From the NCBI GenBank assembly GCA_024679065.1, contig JAGIQG010000006.1:43772001-43836000 (forward strand): a stretch of DNA of 64,000 bases, written 5' to 3'. The position numbers and the translations under genes were made by a program. The stretch is from Sphyrna mokarran (taxonomy: Eukaryota). The notes under the pieces are model-generated. The model was given only the letters and a program-made list of their open reading frames with translations, was not told where the DNA came from and made no database searches. Below are positions 40,910 to 53,869 of the stretch, piece after piece (position 1 is the first letter of the stretch; every line of letters starts with the position of its first letter).

Positions 40910-41664
40910 GGGTAGAATTTCAAGCGTGATGTGCACAAGCAGCAGGCGGAATCAGAAGTGGCCGTGTATCCCAGTTCCAAATATAAAAGCACAAGTCCCA
41001 TCCGAATTGCGGGAGTGGTCAAGCAGGGGTGGGCATCTGACAGCTTTCATGTCCAATGGTGGCCAGCCATAAACATCAAAAATGGCATCCACAGGCTGTG
41101 GTGACAGAGGGACTGAAACCTCCGGCGCTTGCCAATGGAAATCCCGGGTGTGATTCTCCGCTCTTGTTTGTGGTCGGAGTGAGAAAAGAAAATTTGGGCA
41201 CCCCAGTCAAAACTCAAATCACTCTGAGCAACACCAGAAAATATCAACCACGAGCAAGGACTGAAGATTTTGATCTTGTCTGAGTTCCACACTCTGATGT
41301 ACCCAACACACAGATCACTCTATCAGTTATCCACAACACCACATTGCCTCACTCCTATTTAACTCCTCAGCCTTTTTTGCAAGCAGGGACCTTTTATCCT
41401 GCACTTGTATTAAAAAATATCAATTCTGGTTGGGCCGGCTGCCTATTCTGCCTGTGGAACAAAGCTTAAAATATAAAATTTGGATTAATTGCGGTTTTAA
41501 TATTTTTAATCACCTTTTTAATTACCAGTGGGCACATGCCAAATCAGCACCTGTGCTTGTCTAGTGAAATACCATGTGAATTTGCAGTGACATCAGGATG
41601 TACTCTCAAAATCTTCATGTTCTGTTTCAGCATACAGACACTTGGAGGACATAAAATTCTACCC
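40910..41664. mobile_element. non-autonomous TIR element (Harbinger-like MITE)
   Basis: Perfect 11-bp TIRs GGGTAGAATTT (40910-40920) and AAATTCTACCC (41654-41664); TSD ambiguous. Confidence 0.7.
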
Positions 41665-41809
41665 TTGGTGAAGAACAATGTTTTCATTGTAATTCACTGT
41701 AATTAATTCAGCTGACGGATCAAGGCAATTTTCAGGTATTGGAATGTAAATGATGAAAACAGCAATGGCAAAGATGACATAATGAATTTGATAGAGGAAG
41801 TGCCCATAG

Positions 41810-42167
41810 CCATCCACTGACTCTGTCTACACTTCCTCTGCCTCAGCAAAGCAGCAGTATAATTAAGGACCTCTACGCACCCCAGACATTCCCTCTTCCA
41901 ACTTCTTCCGTTAGGAAAAGATACAAAATTCTGAGGTCACGTACCAACCGACTCAAGAGCAGTTTCTTCCCTGCTGCTGTCAGACTTTTGAATGACTTAC
42001 CTTGCATTAATCTCTCTACACCCTTGCTATGACTGTAACACTGCATTCTTCACTCTCTAGTTTCCTTCTATATGAATGGTATGTTTTGTTTGTATAGCAT
42101 GCAAGAAACAATACTTTTCACTGTATGTTAATACATGTGACAGTAATAAATCAAATCAAAATCAAAA
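41810..42167 (+). mobile_element. Rex1/Babar-like LINE 3' end
   Basis: Encodes HPRHSLFQLLP..RYKILRSRTNRLKSSFFPAAVRLLN, followed by AATAAA and an (ATCAA)n tail. Confidence 0.75.
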
Positions 42168-43084
42168 TAAATAAAAAAAAACTTATTAAGATGTGTTGAT
42201 ACATGCTCTTGAACAACAAGTGTTTATAGTGAGTAGAGGTAATGTACGAAACATGATATAAACTTACCAAACAATCAGCAATATTGATGAGGCAAATGAA
42301 GCTGGAAGAATTATTCAAGGATGCCTCCCAGCAGAGTACATTGACACTCTGAATCCTCTTTTAAAAACAGAATCAAAATTGGGTGCCAGAGATGGAACTT
42401 ATTACATATATTTATTATTCAGTGATCCATCTTGCATTTCTAGTCAACTAACTGACTTTAGACTATAGCTAGCCAAATTTTAGGCTATTGTAAGATAAGG
42501 GGGCGTAGTCTTATATTCAGTATTCAAAAAAAAATTATCACAAATCCGAAACAGGATTGGTCCCAAGATTTTGGGAATTGCGTGTTCGACCTGTAAAATG
42601 CTGCATAATGGAATTCTAGCTGCGCTAAAGACTAATGATTCAAAACACCACACAGTTCATAATAAAATGCCTACTGCCTACTGGCACTAATATTTTTCAA
42701 ATAAAATGCGTAGTTTACTGATCTTTGGGGAGTCAAATGATTAATATATAGGAAAATACAGCAATAGATTTAGAAATGATAGAGCCAACAGCTTTTCATA
42801 GTGCAGAATTTGCTGCTACACTATTGCATATACATATATATATATATGTGTGTGTGTATCTGTGCATCATTTATTGCATTTATTTAATGTGTTTCAACTT
42901 CTTTGTTAATTGGAGTTTTTGTGGGATACTGCATTTTAGTAAGCAATTTGTCCTCATTAATTACTTGACCCGTCTGTATTAACTCAGTATCCTGACTCAA
43001 AGTGAAATGGTGCATTAGCATGAATGTTACTGATCTCAGTTGGCAGTTTTAATTATTTTTTTAAGTTCATTTTTTTACATGATA

Positions 43085-44755
43085 TGTGTATTGTTGCCTA
43101 AGCCAGCATTTCATGCCATTCTTAATTGCACTTGAGAAAGTGATGGTGAGTTATCTTCTTGAACCACTGCAATCTTGTGGTGTAAGTACACTCACAGAGC
43201 TGTTAGGAAGAGAGTTTTAGGATTTTGACCAGTGACAGCGAAGGAACAGTGATATATCTGTAAGTCAGAATGGTAAGTGGCTTGGAGGGGAACTTCCTGG
43301 TAGTTGTATTCCCATGTGTCTGTTGTCCTTGTCCTTCTAGATGGTAGTCTTGATGAATTCCTGCAGGGCATCTTGTAGATCATACACACTCTATCACTGT
43401 GTGGAGGAAGGGGGTGAATGTTTGTGGATGGGGTACCAGTCAAATGATTTGTTTTATCTTGAATAGTGTAGAGCTTCTTGACTGTGTTGTTGAAATTGCC
43501 CTCATCCAATTAAGTGGAGAGAATTCCGTTACACTCCTGACTTGTGCCTTGTAGATGGTGGATTGACTTTGGGAAGAAGGAAGTAGATAACTCACCAAAG
43601 AAGTAAGTAACTCACCAAAGGATTCCTAGCCTCTGATCTTCTTTTGTAGTCATAGCAATATATAGCTATCCATAAAAATCTCTATGGTACAAAAGGAGAC
43701 CATTCAATCCTTTGAGTCTGCACTGACTCTCCAAAATACATCCTTAGCCAGGCCTTCCCCTTCAGCCTATCCTTTTAATCCTTCACATTTACTATGCCTA
43801 ATCCACCTAAACCACACATCTTTGGACACCAAGAGATAATTTAGCATGGCCAATCTATCTAAGCTGCACATTTTCTGACTGTGGGACGAAACCAGAGCAC
43901 TTAGAGGAAACACATGCAGACATGGAGAGAATGTGCAAACTCCACATAGACACTTACCCAAGACCAGAATTGAAACCAGGTGTCTGGCTCTGTGAGGCAG
44001 CAGTGCTAACCACTGTGCCACTATGCTGTGAACTAGTCCAGCTCAGTTTCAGGTCAATAATAATCCAGAGGATGTTGATAATGGGATTTCAATGCTGGCA
44101 ATGCCATCAAATGTCAAGGAATTATGGTTAGATTCTCTTTTGTTGGAGATAGTCATTGCCTGGATATTGACCGTGTCTTGCTGCATATGGAAATGATCTG
44201 CTTCTGTATCTGAGGAGTTGCAAATCATGCTGTCAGTCTCCATCAGCAAACATTCTAACTTTTGACCTTATGATGGAAAGAAGTTAATTGATGAAGCCAC
44301 TGAAGATGTTTGGGCCTAGGACATTCCATTGAGGAACTCCTGCAGCAATGTTTTGGAATAGAGATGATTGACATCCAATGACCACAACCATCTTCCTTTG
44401 CTCTGGGCATGATTCCAACTGGGAAGAAGAGATCTCCCCCGATTCCCATTGACTCTAGTTTAGAAAGGGCCTCTTGATGACATATTCAGTCAAATACTGT
44501 CTTGATGTCAAAGTCAATCACTCTCACCTCACCTCTAGAGTACAGCTCGTTTGTCCATGTTTGAACTGAGGCCATAATGAGCTCAGAAGCTGAGTGACCC
44601 TGGCAAAATCCAACCTGAGCATCAATGACCAGATTATTGTTAAGCAAGAGCTACCTGATAGCACTGTTGATGGCTCTTGATTTTTTTTCTACTTTTTGTA
44701 CCCAGGACATACCTGGCCAATTGTCCACATTTCAGGGTGGATGCCAGTGACATAG
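43085..44755 (-). mobile_element. decayed CR1-group LINE interrupted by a SINE
   Basis: Reverse-strand relative of 35424-35930 (CATCAGCAAACAT = MFAD). The halves rejoin across 43671-44028. Confidence 0.75.
43671..44028 (-). mobile_element. HE1-like V-SINE nested in a LINE
   Basis: GAATGTGCAAACTCCACATAGAC...GAGGCAGCAGTGCTAACCACTGTGCCAC. Confidence 0.88.
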
Positions 44756-44861
44756 TTTGTGCTGATTCTGTGCTTTTAAGAAATGTATTCTAAACATGTT
44801 TCTCTGCAGGTTTTTCGAGGAGGTATTGGTGCCATGATGCCTATTCCCGGTATCCTCCAGT

Positions 44862-45156
44862 TGTAAGTGAAGCAATATAATGGAAATCATGTTGATTTTA
44901 ATCTGGTTTAATGCAGTGTTTCTGTGGTTTTATGGTCCCTTCTGGATTGCTGAATGGAGCTTGATTTGGGAATGATTGATGGATCAGATAATATGCACGG
45001 GGACAGTGTTTTTTCAGAGAAAAGCCTAGTTTTTAGGTTCACTTTTCAGTATGAGAAGCAGTAGTGCTTTTCTTGTCTCTCTGGAGTTTGAGTTTTAGTT
45101 TCATGTGAGTTGCTGCTCAAAGCTGATGGAAGAAGAAGACAGTGTCTCTGTCCCTG

Positions 45157-45188
<32 letters not shown>

Positions 45189-45618
45189 TCCATAGGCTTG
45201 CTGAACGTTCCAGGATGGGAAAGCTTTAGAGATTTGATCCAACATTCAAAGGACAAGCCCAGCATTACATGAGCATATTTATTTCTGTGCTAAGTCAGAA
45301 GAGGAATATGTAGCTATGGGTTGGTGTTTGACTCAGAACAACATGGATAGTTAGCTGTTAAGGTCTACACTGTATTGGTTTAAATTTTGTATTTGGTAAA
45401 AATTAAGCTAATTTCTTTTTATTATATTTTAACTGTGTAAGAACACAGTTCAAAGTTTATCAAATAAACTTTGTTTGATAAAAGCTTTCTAGTGGGTCAC
45501 TTGAATCACACTTGGAATGAAACATGTTATGCTTACCTGTGTCAGATTCAAATGTGAAAACTTAGGGTCTAGGCTAACTTCATAAAACACCTTGGAGTTT
45601 CTAGCCTGGGTCTTAACA
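44862..45618 (+). mobile_element. possible solo LTR
   Basis: TGTAAG...CTTAACA termini, internal (TC)n and AATAAA at 45463; no matching TSD found. Confidence 0.4.
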
Positions 45619-45842
45619 AACTGTTTTGGAACAGCTTGGCTGGGGGGAGGGTGCACGACAAGTTCTGCAATAAGATGTGAATGCCTTCCCAGTTAAACCC
45701 ATATCCCATGAAAGAATAAAGGGAAAAAAATCCTTTATCCTTCCACCCTACCTCATCAGCACTTTGTTCTTTTCCTTCCCTCCTCCTTTTCACTTGTGTA
45801 AACAGCTCAAACTCTTCCCAGTTCTCATCAACATGAAATACT

Positions 45843-46554
45843 GGGCTGACAAACTCTGTTGGGCCGACTTCGGTCTCGCCTATGGTTCAGGGAATCAGCA
45901 ATGAATCCCATGAGTTTCATGGTGGCGATAAAAAGAATCAGTGGGCTTCAGATACTTACCAGGCTACTATCAGGCCTACCGTATGGTGGAGGTCCCCTCT
46001 GTGGAAAGCGGTCAATCAAAGGCTGGCAGCTTGTCATTGTCACCTCCAGGAACAGTGACTCCTCTCGGCAATGCCATTCTGGGACCCATTTCAGAGTGGG
46101 GATCATGGGTTGGGGGTAGGATAGATGAATGGGAGACAAAGGCAGCGATGAGTTACATCTGAGATTCCCCTGTCCTCTCTGCCAATACTGGCTCCCTCAG
46201 GTGTGGCATAGGTACCTATCTATGAAGGGTCTCCAGGACATCACTGATAAACCTGATTGTGTTTGATTGCATTTGCCCTTGCCTTCTTTGGAAAGCATGG
46301 GCAAACTATGCAGCATTTAAATCCTGAGCTACCATTAAGTGTGGTGGGCTCAGGGATAATAGATGCCAGCTAGGTCAATAGTGGACCTAATTAGCATCTC
46401 ACTGTCAGCAGCTGGGAATCCAGCAACAGCTTCTTCCACCTTCGCACTGGGAATGTTTTTGCCATTGCCGGGAGACTGACGCAAGAGCACCTTCATGATT
46501 AAGTGGGCCAGTTGTCACATTTCCCACCACAATGAGTTGCATTAGATACAGCCC
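45843..46554. mobile_element. TIR element (GGGCTG...CAGCCC) inserted into a Penelope-like end
   Basis: TGGGCTG 45842-45848 and CAGCCCA 46549-46555; flanks ACT/ATT. Sequences on either side join into the Penelope-like motif. Confidence 0.55.
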
Positions 46555-47014
46555 ATTGACTGTTTTCCTCTCCACAGCTTCTGCCAGACCAACTGAGTCT
46601 TTCCAGCATTTTGTGTCTTTACAAAAAATATTAACACTGGTTTTCGAATCACATCAACTATGAGACTGCCATGTTGCATAGTTAAAAGAAGGGCCTCAAA
46701 ACTGTTAAGACTTCACAATCCATAACACTCCTAATATTCATAGCCTAGAGTTTCAAATCAAATCCATATATCTCTGTGCTTAGCCAGATATTCTGTAGCA
46801 TTACTATATGCCAATCCACAATTCCATTTCTCAAAACATATTGGTTAATGAGTTCAGTGATAGAGAAACTGCATTTATATTGCTTCAAGGAAACGATGAG
46901 ACAATCATTCCCATAGTCACTTTCAGTTTGGAGAGGTGATTCATAAGGCTTTTGCAAAACTCAATCTTACTTCCTAAGCTTAAATGCAATGAAGGCTCAT
47001 AATGTTTATATTAT

Positions 47015-47190
47015 GGGGCGATGGCATATTGGTATTGTCACTGCACTAACAATCCAGAAAGCCCAGAGCATGATCTGGGGGCCTGATTCAAATCCCACTG
47101 TGGCAGAGGTGAAATTTGAATTCAATAATAAAATAATCTGGAACTAAAAGTCTAATGATGACCATAATACCAATTGTCATTAAAACAATA
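47015..47190 (+). mobile_element. tRNA-derived SINE (non-HE1 family), 5' part
   Basis: A-box-like TGGCATATTGG and B-box-like GATTCAAATCC. Related pieces lie near 57.4-57.6, 59.7-59.9 and 63.5 kb. Confidence 0.65.
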
Positions 47191-50100
47191 TATCATAATG
47201 AGTGTGTAGTAATAATGTGCAAACTTCACCAGCACTGAAAGGCATTTCCTAAATTACTCTGAGGAAAAATGTATTCAAACTTGCATGTCTTGCTGGCACA
47301 GTTCCAGTCCTCTTCATTCCAGTGGGAACTTTTGAACCTGAGATTGAGATCTGAGATCAGCAGTTTCAGGGTGAAATGCTCAACTTTAGCAGGATTTCAT
47401 TCCTATAGCTGGAGTATCATCTGTTCTGAGATCACTGATACCAAACCCTCCCTGAACATTAATCTTACTATTGGAGCAGAATATCGTCTAAAGGTGCCTA
47501 AATTAAATGAGTGCATCTACAGTTGACCTGATAAGATTAGGTACTAAAGTAACAGTCAAAAATCAACTAACAAATGCCAGATTCCATGGACTTTGATTTG
47601 TAATTAACGAATATTTTAAGAACATTTGCTGAACATGGACTCAACAAACAGATTCTACTCTTGAGCATTTTGGATTAGATTTTGCTGTCATGAGCATATT
47701 AGATCATGCCCATTCATTATATATTTTTTCTGTACCCCTCAACTGAAAGATTTATTGTGCCATAATGTGCTGGAAGTATAAGCTATGGCAGAGAAAATGG
47801 AGCACTGAGATGTCAATGAATAATGAGACCAACAGCATATCTCCTTAACCAATGAGATTTAAGGATTGAGAAAGCATCGGAGGAACAACTGAGAAGAAGA
47901 ATGAGTTACAGCCAAATCAAAAACAGAAAAAAAGAAGAAAAAGTAGCAGCTAAAAGAGAAAGGAAGAAAAAAGAATAAAAAATAAAACTTGACATCTTTA
48001 AAATCTCTATCAAAAAAACTATCACTCGAAGAAATAAGACTCCACAGTTTGAATTGTTTACTTTAACCAGAGGTTGATTAGCAGTACATAAAAAATAATT
48101 TAAAATGCTCTATCTTTCATAAATATACACACACTCAAAGTTTACACATGCACAAATATATTACAGAATGGGGAGGATAAATTAAGTAATTTAGTGCCCA
48201 GTAAAATTAAAGAGTTGTATGGCTCCTGAAGGTTAGTGATTTGGCTGGCTGCAAACTGAAGTTAGTGGTCTTGCTGCTTTCACTGGCAGACCTCTTGCTT
48301 TTTGACTCCAAGATGGTTTAAAGATATAGACAACAATTTATGTGTTCATCTGGGGAGTAACTGGGCTGAGTTCTTTATAAAATCTCTGATACCTGTCTAG
48401 TCAAATTCATCAGATAAGGTTCAAAGAGAAAGAGAAGCAAGGAACTGACTCACAGTTTTGTTCTTTGGAATCTCAGTTGCTTGAAATAGCTACTCAAACA
48501 CAAAAATGATTGGCTTGTCATTCTCTTACCGCCTAACCAATGATCCAAATATGGTCACAACTAATATATTCTAGGAATATTGATTAGATTATGGCTGGGA
48601 ATTCCTTTCCAAGCTAGCCTTCCATTGTCCAAATAATTATGCCTAAACGTTTGTCCCTGTCTAGTCTGTGTTGAGTATCCAAGTGATTGTCTGGATACTT
48701 TGTTAATGGAATAGAAGATGGTTCACATTCATCTCTTCCAAAACAATTGTTCCTGATACAGCTTTGAGGACAGACTATTTTCATATCAATAGTCTTGGAA
48801 TATAGAAGTTCTAGTAATGCATAATGCATCCGTCTTTGATTGTGTTCTCTTCACTGGAACGTGGCTGTAGTCTTTTAAAAAAAACAATTAGGGAATTCCA
48901 GCCAGCAAATCCAAAAATCATTTTTTTAAAATAAAAAGCATGGTTTCACAACAATGTTCATCGACAGGTACAGTTCCAATGTTCCTTGGATGCTGACACA
49001 CCTTGGCGAATTTGAACCAAAACATGAACTGAATTGATTCTTTAACAGATTTGAGTGAAACTAAATTAACAGATGACATTTAATTTATGCTTTAAACGTT
49101 CAGCTTTTTGAAAAGATCACAATGTAAAGTTCCTCTCAGCTAAGATTTGGAAAGATAATGGCTGCAATTCCCTCCTGACTGCAGGCCTATGGGATAGCTG
49201 TATAGTTTAGGGTTAAAAAGTTTGGTGTGGAAGTAGTGGTGAGCCAAGGCAATCAAAGGAAAGCAGAATGGACCCCTCTATAAAATGACAACTAATTTTA
49301 AATTTCTTGTACCCTTTACAAAGAACTAAGAGGTTGATGTGAGGGTGTTTGAAACCAATTCCAATTGTGGAGTTGCTGCTTTTTCCAGCTACATAGCAGG
49401 TGCTGGAGATTTGCATTCAACTGCCCCATCTAAATAGAGTGGTCTCTCACCAACTCTCACAAACTCTGAAAGTATCTGTGATGAAGTGCACCAGTGGGAG
49501 GAATTTGTGTGGATCTTCAGACTTATCTAATGCTGCTCCTCTATCTGTTTTTGGTAGGTCATTTTGACCCTGTGGACCATTACCCTGACATACAAATTTC
49601 TTTTGAGACCCTCTTACCTATGCAGATTCAACTACTGTGAATGTCAATCTTTTTCTGGGAAGTTGATGACAGTCATGGCAGGAAACAAACCTACATTGAT
49701 CAACTTTTGCTAGGCTTCATAATTTTCCCTTTTTAATTGCACTTTGATCTTAATTAATCGGCTACAAATCCTGTTCTCTGTTCAGCATGTGGAAATTGCA
49801 ACAAAGGCCTTTGAATTTGATCAACCCATTCCACTGATGAACTCAACAGATTTTCTTGTCAACAGTTTCACCAATCTTTAGCGAACATTGGAGATAGGTG
49901 TAAGAATCTTGCAACTTCTCTCCCCAGTGGGCTAAAACATTGACATATAGAATTGTTATGTTTGGGTATCATTCTATTGTTGGCTACATTTTTGACAGCT
50001 TCAAGCTATTTGCTTTATAACTCACAAGCTTTAACCTCTGAATTCCAGATAATGATTCATTTGAAAGATATTGTAAACTGGTATTGGTGGGTAATCTTCA

Positions 50101-50799
50101 AGGGATTAATCATAATTACTTGTTACAGTCCTAGGCAGCTCATTCTTGCTTATATTTTTTACAGCTGTAGTGCTCCAGAGAAGATCAGTAACATCTGTCA
50201 AAAAACCAACATCTTTACTGACACATTGCCAACATCTGCCAACTTGTGTTTTAGATGGCGCTATTGCCCAAAGCTTGTTTCCAAATAATGTATTTTGGTA
50301 TAGAACAACAGTAGTCATGAGGAATAATCTGTTGTCCTTTAGTTAGTCTCAATCACATCAGAGGCTAGGGGTCATTTGTCCCATTTTGTGAACTTTTACA
50401 AATTCTTTCTCTTCTACTAAAAGGTTGGCGGCTTTGCATGTTTGCTGATTTTAGTTGAAAAATGAATTTCACTTCTGCATTTGCCCTCTCAAAAAAAACA
50501 CAATATTACATATTTATTATCAGCTTAATGTATCTTATTCAAGCTTTTTTGTATTTCCTGAAGTTTGGTGCCCAGAATATGACACATTATTTTAGCTGGA
50601 GTTGAATTAGTCTTTTATGTAGGTTGGATGTCTCTCCCTGGCTTTTGTACTCGATGTGTGAAATCTTATCAGCCCTGGAAATTTTTAATTGTCAGGGCCA
50701 TTTGTAGGTTCTGACCCTGCCCAGAGGTGCTTTTTGCACTGTGACCTAATGAGAGGCAACCAATTAAAAGGCCAGCTCTCAATTAAAGACAATTGGAGG

Positions 50800-51140
50800 G
50801 AAATAAAGGCAAAATATGCAGATGCTGAAATCTGAAATAAAACCAGAAAATACTGGAAAAACTCAACAGGTCTGACAGCAATCTATGGACAGAAAATATC
50901 GTCAATGTTTTGAATCAGGATGACTTTTTATCAGAGTTGAAGGCAAAGAAAATCAGAGAAGATTAACCAACTACAGGCCCTTCTCCACCCTCCCACCCTC
51001 ATAATATAAATCTTTCTGATTTTCTTTGCCTTCAGCTCTGAAAAAGGGTCATCCTGGTTCAAAACATTGGCTCTACTCTCTCCCTCTTCCTCCACAGATG
51101 CAATCAAACCTGCTGAGTCTCTCTAGTATTTCCTGTGTTT
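50800..51140. mobile_element. fold-back Penelope-like element (inverted arms)
   Basis: About 50840-50964 is the imperfect reverse complement of 51009-51140, with a 44-nt spacer. Confidence 0.75.
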
Positions 51141-52602
51141 GTTTGGTGGGACATAACTGTGGATAGCCCAATAGGAATGCCCACAGGACTGGCCAATAGC
51201 AACTCCATTGGTAGAAGTGGGCACTGCTGGTACAGACGGAGAGAATGAATGTGCCTCAAAATAGAAGCCCTGTCAAAAAGCTTCCAAGGATTTATTAAAT
51301 ATGAAGCTGAGGGTTTTAATGAACTTTGGTGGCCTGCACAAGAATGACTTAGCCACTGCTGTGTCCATTTCAGCCTTGTGACTCTGATAGTAGCATGACA
51401 GTGGCCTCCCAACATGAAGCTTCCTTTGATGCCTTGGATTATTGAAACTGCTCAGCTCCGCATGCCTTCCATGATTACATTGCACAACTTAGATCGTCCT
51501 TTCACATATCTTAATTGGCTATCTGCCACAGATGGGTGGACATCTGCTATCACAGGCAACCCACCTCTGCGGAGAAGTCTTGGAGGTAGGAATACATCAA
51601 GGAGCTAACCCAGGTTGCATTGTTCCATAATTCTAACCTTTCCCAACCTCAAATCTACCTCCTTGGTGTTGTGAATATTCCATTCTATTTCTCTGTTTAC
51701 AAAGGCCAGGATTCAATACATTTAATTCACTACTTCACTGATCCATCCTACTGCCTTCAAAGATTCAGCCATTGAAACCTCTGGTCTCTCTTTTTTCGCA
51801 TCCCCTTTAACATTGTTTAGCATACAGCAGGATTTGTACCCAATTATCTTCAAGCACAAATGCAAAATGATAACAGAAGCAAAGTAAAGTATTCAACAGC
51901 CTTCACCACATTTCAGAGGATCAGTTTGCCCAATTGTTCCCTATATGATGACTTAGCAACTATGACAGGTGTTGGAAAGCATTAAGATTCTGTTTTCTTA
52001 ATAAACGATTCAGCAGACAGTTCATCATGAGTGTTAGCTGTCCATTATCAGTTCATGTAACAAATTCTGCCAGCATAATTCAGACTTCACTGATGTTGCA
52101 AATGTCTGTTTCAGTGGTCAAAAAATGCACAATAGTCAGTTTTTGCCAGTTGCCAGTGTCAACCTATTTTGGAAAGCTTTACCATCCTATTAAATGACAT
52201 CGCAGGGAAGTGAAGCTGTAATCCATCATATCCCTTGTACATCTCACATCCATTTTAAAATGTGTTACCCTTTTTTTTCAAACGCATTGAATCGTTTCTA
52301 CCTGCACAGAGTTTATCTCAAACTGCAATCCTGTCAATACAAGTATCTATTCCAAAGAACAGTGGATTAATTTTTGCAAGGCCCAGGGGTCTCACAGGGC
52401 CTCACAACATTTACCTCAGTGTCAAGCAATTTTGTAAACACCGAAACTGCAAAGTGCACTCACAATGACAATAAATCTTTCTTCAAAAAAAAAGAGCTAT
52501 CCAAATGGAAAATGTTCTGAGTAATAAATAAATAAATTGGATGGACTGTTCTTATTCATAAAAAGAGGTCATTTTAATACATCATTACCAATCTTTCTAA
52601 TT

Positions 52603-52745
52603 GAGTAGGTTAGGTGAATTGGCCATGATAAGCTCTCCCTCAGTGTACTCGAACAAGCATCAGAGTGTGGCAACTAGAAGATTTTCATAGTAACTTCATT
52701 GCAGTGTTAATGTAAGCCTACTTGTGACTAGTGAATAAACTTTAA
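52603..52745 (+). mobile_element. 3' fragment of an HE1-related SINE with an alternative tail
   Basis: GGTTAGGTGAATTGGCCATG followed by GTAAGCCTACTTGTGACT...AATAAACTTT. Confidence 0.6.
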
Positions 52746-53060
52746 ATTTTAAAATTTAGTGGATTTGGAAATGCAAACATATTTTCATGTTTCATTTGAG
52801 AGATCGCAGTTCTCAGACTTACTTGATAAACTAGCGAGTAGATAAAACCTTTCAGCCCTGCGTGGATTATGTGATATCGATGAACATAACAAATACTACA
52901 GACAAAGCAGAATGTTAGGATGGTTTAAGCGTTGTTCTGGAATTGAAATGATAAAAAAAAAGGAAGACTGGGCAGGACACTGTCTAAGGGCAGGAAACAG
53001 AATTCAGGACTAATGCTGTGCCTCAAAAACACCCTCAAGAAAAACAACCATCGATAACAA

Positions 53061-53440
53061 TTCCACTATGGTGCCCCTATAATTGGTCTGGAAACAAGTT
53101 TGGTGGCCAATTTGTGGCCACAAGGGTGGGAATAGAGCCAACATTATTGAAATGGAGACTGATTTAAGCAGACCACAGCAGCCAATCAACGATGGAAGAA
53201 TATAGACGTTTTGAATTAAACAATGTGTCAGGAAAGCTGGAGGCCTGGAACCTGGATAAGCCCTCAGTTTTCTGGAATTCTTCCTTGAGGCGGCATAGAA
53301 GAGGAGGGAGATCCTGTTCTTGGAGCATGGCTTGAGGAAGTCTCCCACCTAGACTTAGCAGAGGAGTGTGGGATACAGAAATTGTGTTCAGTGTAGGGAG
53401 AGGTTCAATGATCTGGTACACTTTGCTGAGGTGAGTGCAG
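53061..53440 (+). mobile_element. PIF/Harbinger-like remnant with a decayed Myb/SANT exon
   Basis: Translates LEFFLEAA*KRREILF...QCRERFNDL, followed by donor GAG|GTGAGT; pattern of NAIF1-type Myb domains. Confidence 0.55.
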
Positions 53441-53869
53441 TAGCAAACCCTGAGGACAGGATTCTGTGTATTCGTCCTCCGACAGAAACACCAACTGAGC
53501 AGCCTGAGGGAATATGCTGCTCCTAAACATGGGAGGAGCTGATGCCTGAGGCACTTACTGATCCCTCAGAATGGTTCAAAAACATAGTACTGTTAAGAAC
53601 TGAAAATGCAACTTCTTATCAATCAGTGCAATTAGTATTGGCCATTCAAGCAGCAGTGACTTATTTTTTTCTCTCTCCTTTATCCTTATTGAAGAAGCTG
53701 CTTCATAATGTCCATCTGATTAAAGAATGAAATGCATTCAACAGGGATCTTAGCCTAGCCAAAGACTGAATTGCATTGGGAAGCCACGGGACTGCAGAGA
53801 TTTCTGTTTCCAAGGCTAATTCTTGTCACATCTTGAGTCTCCACACCTGCAGATGTTATGAGGAGGCTT

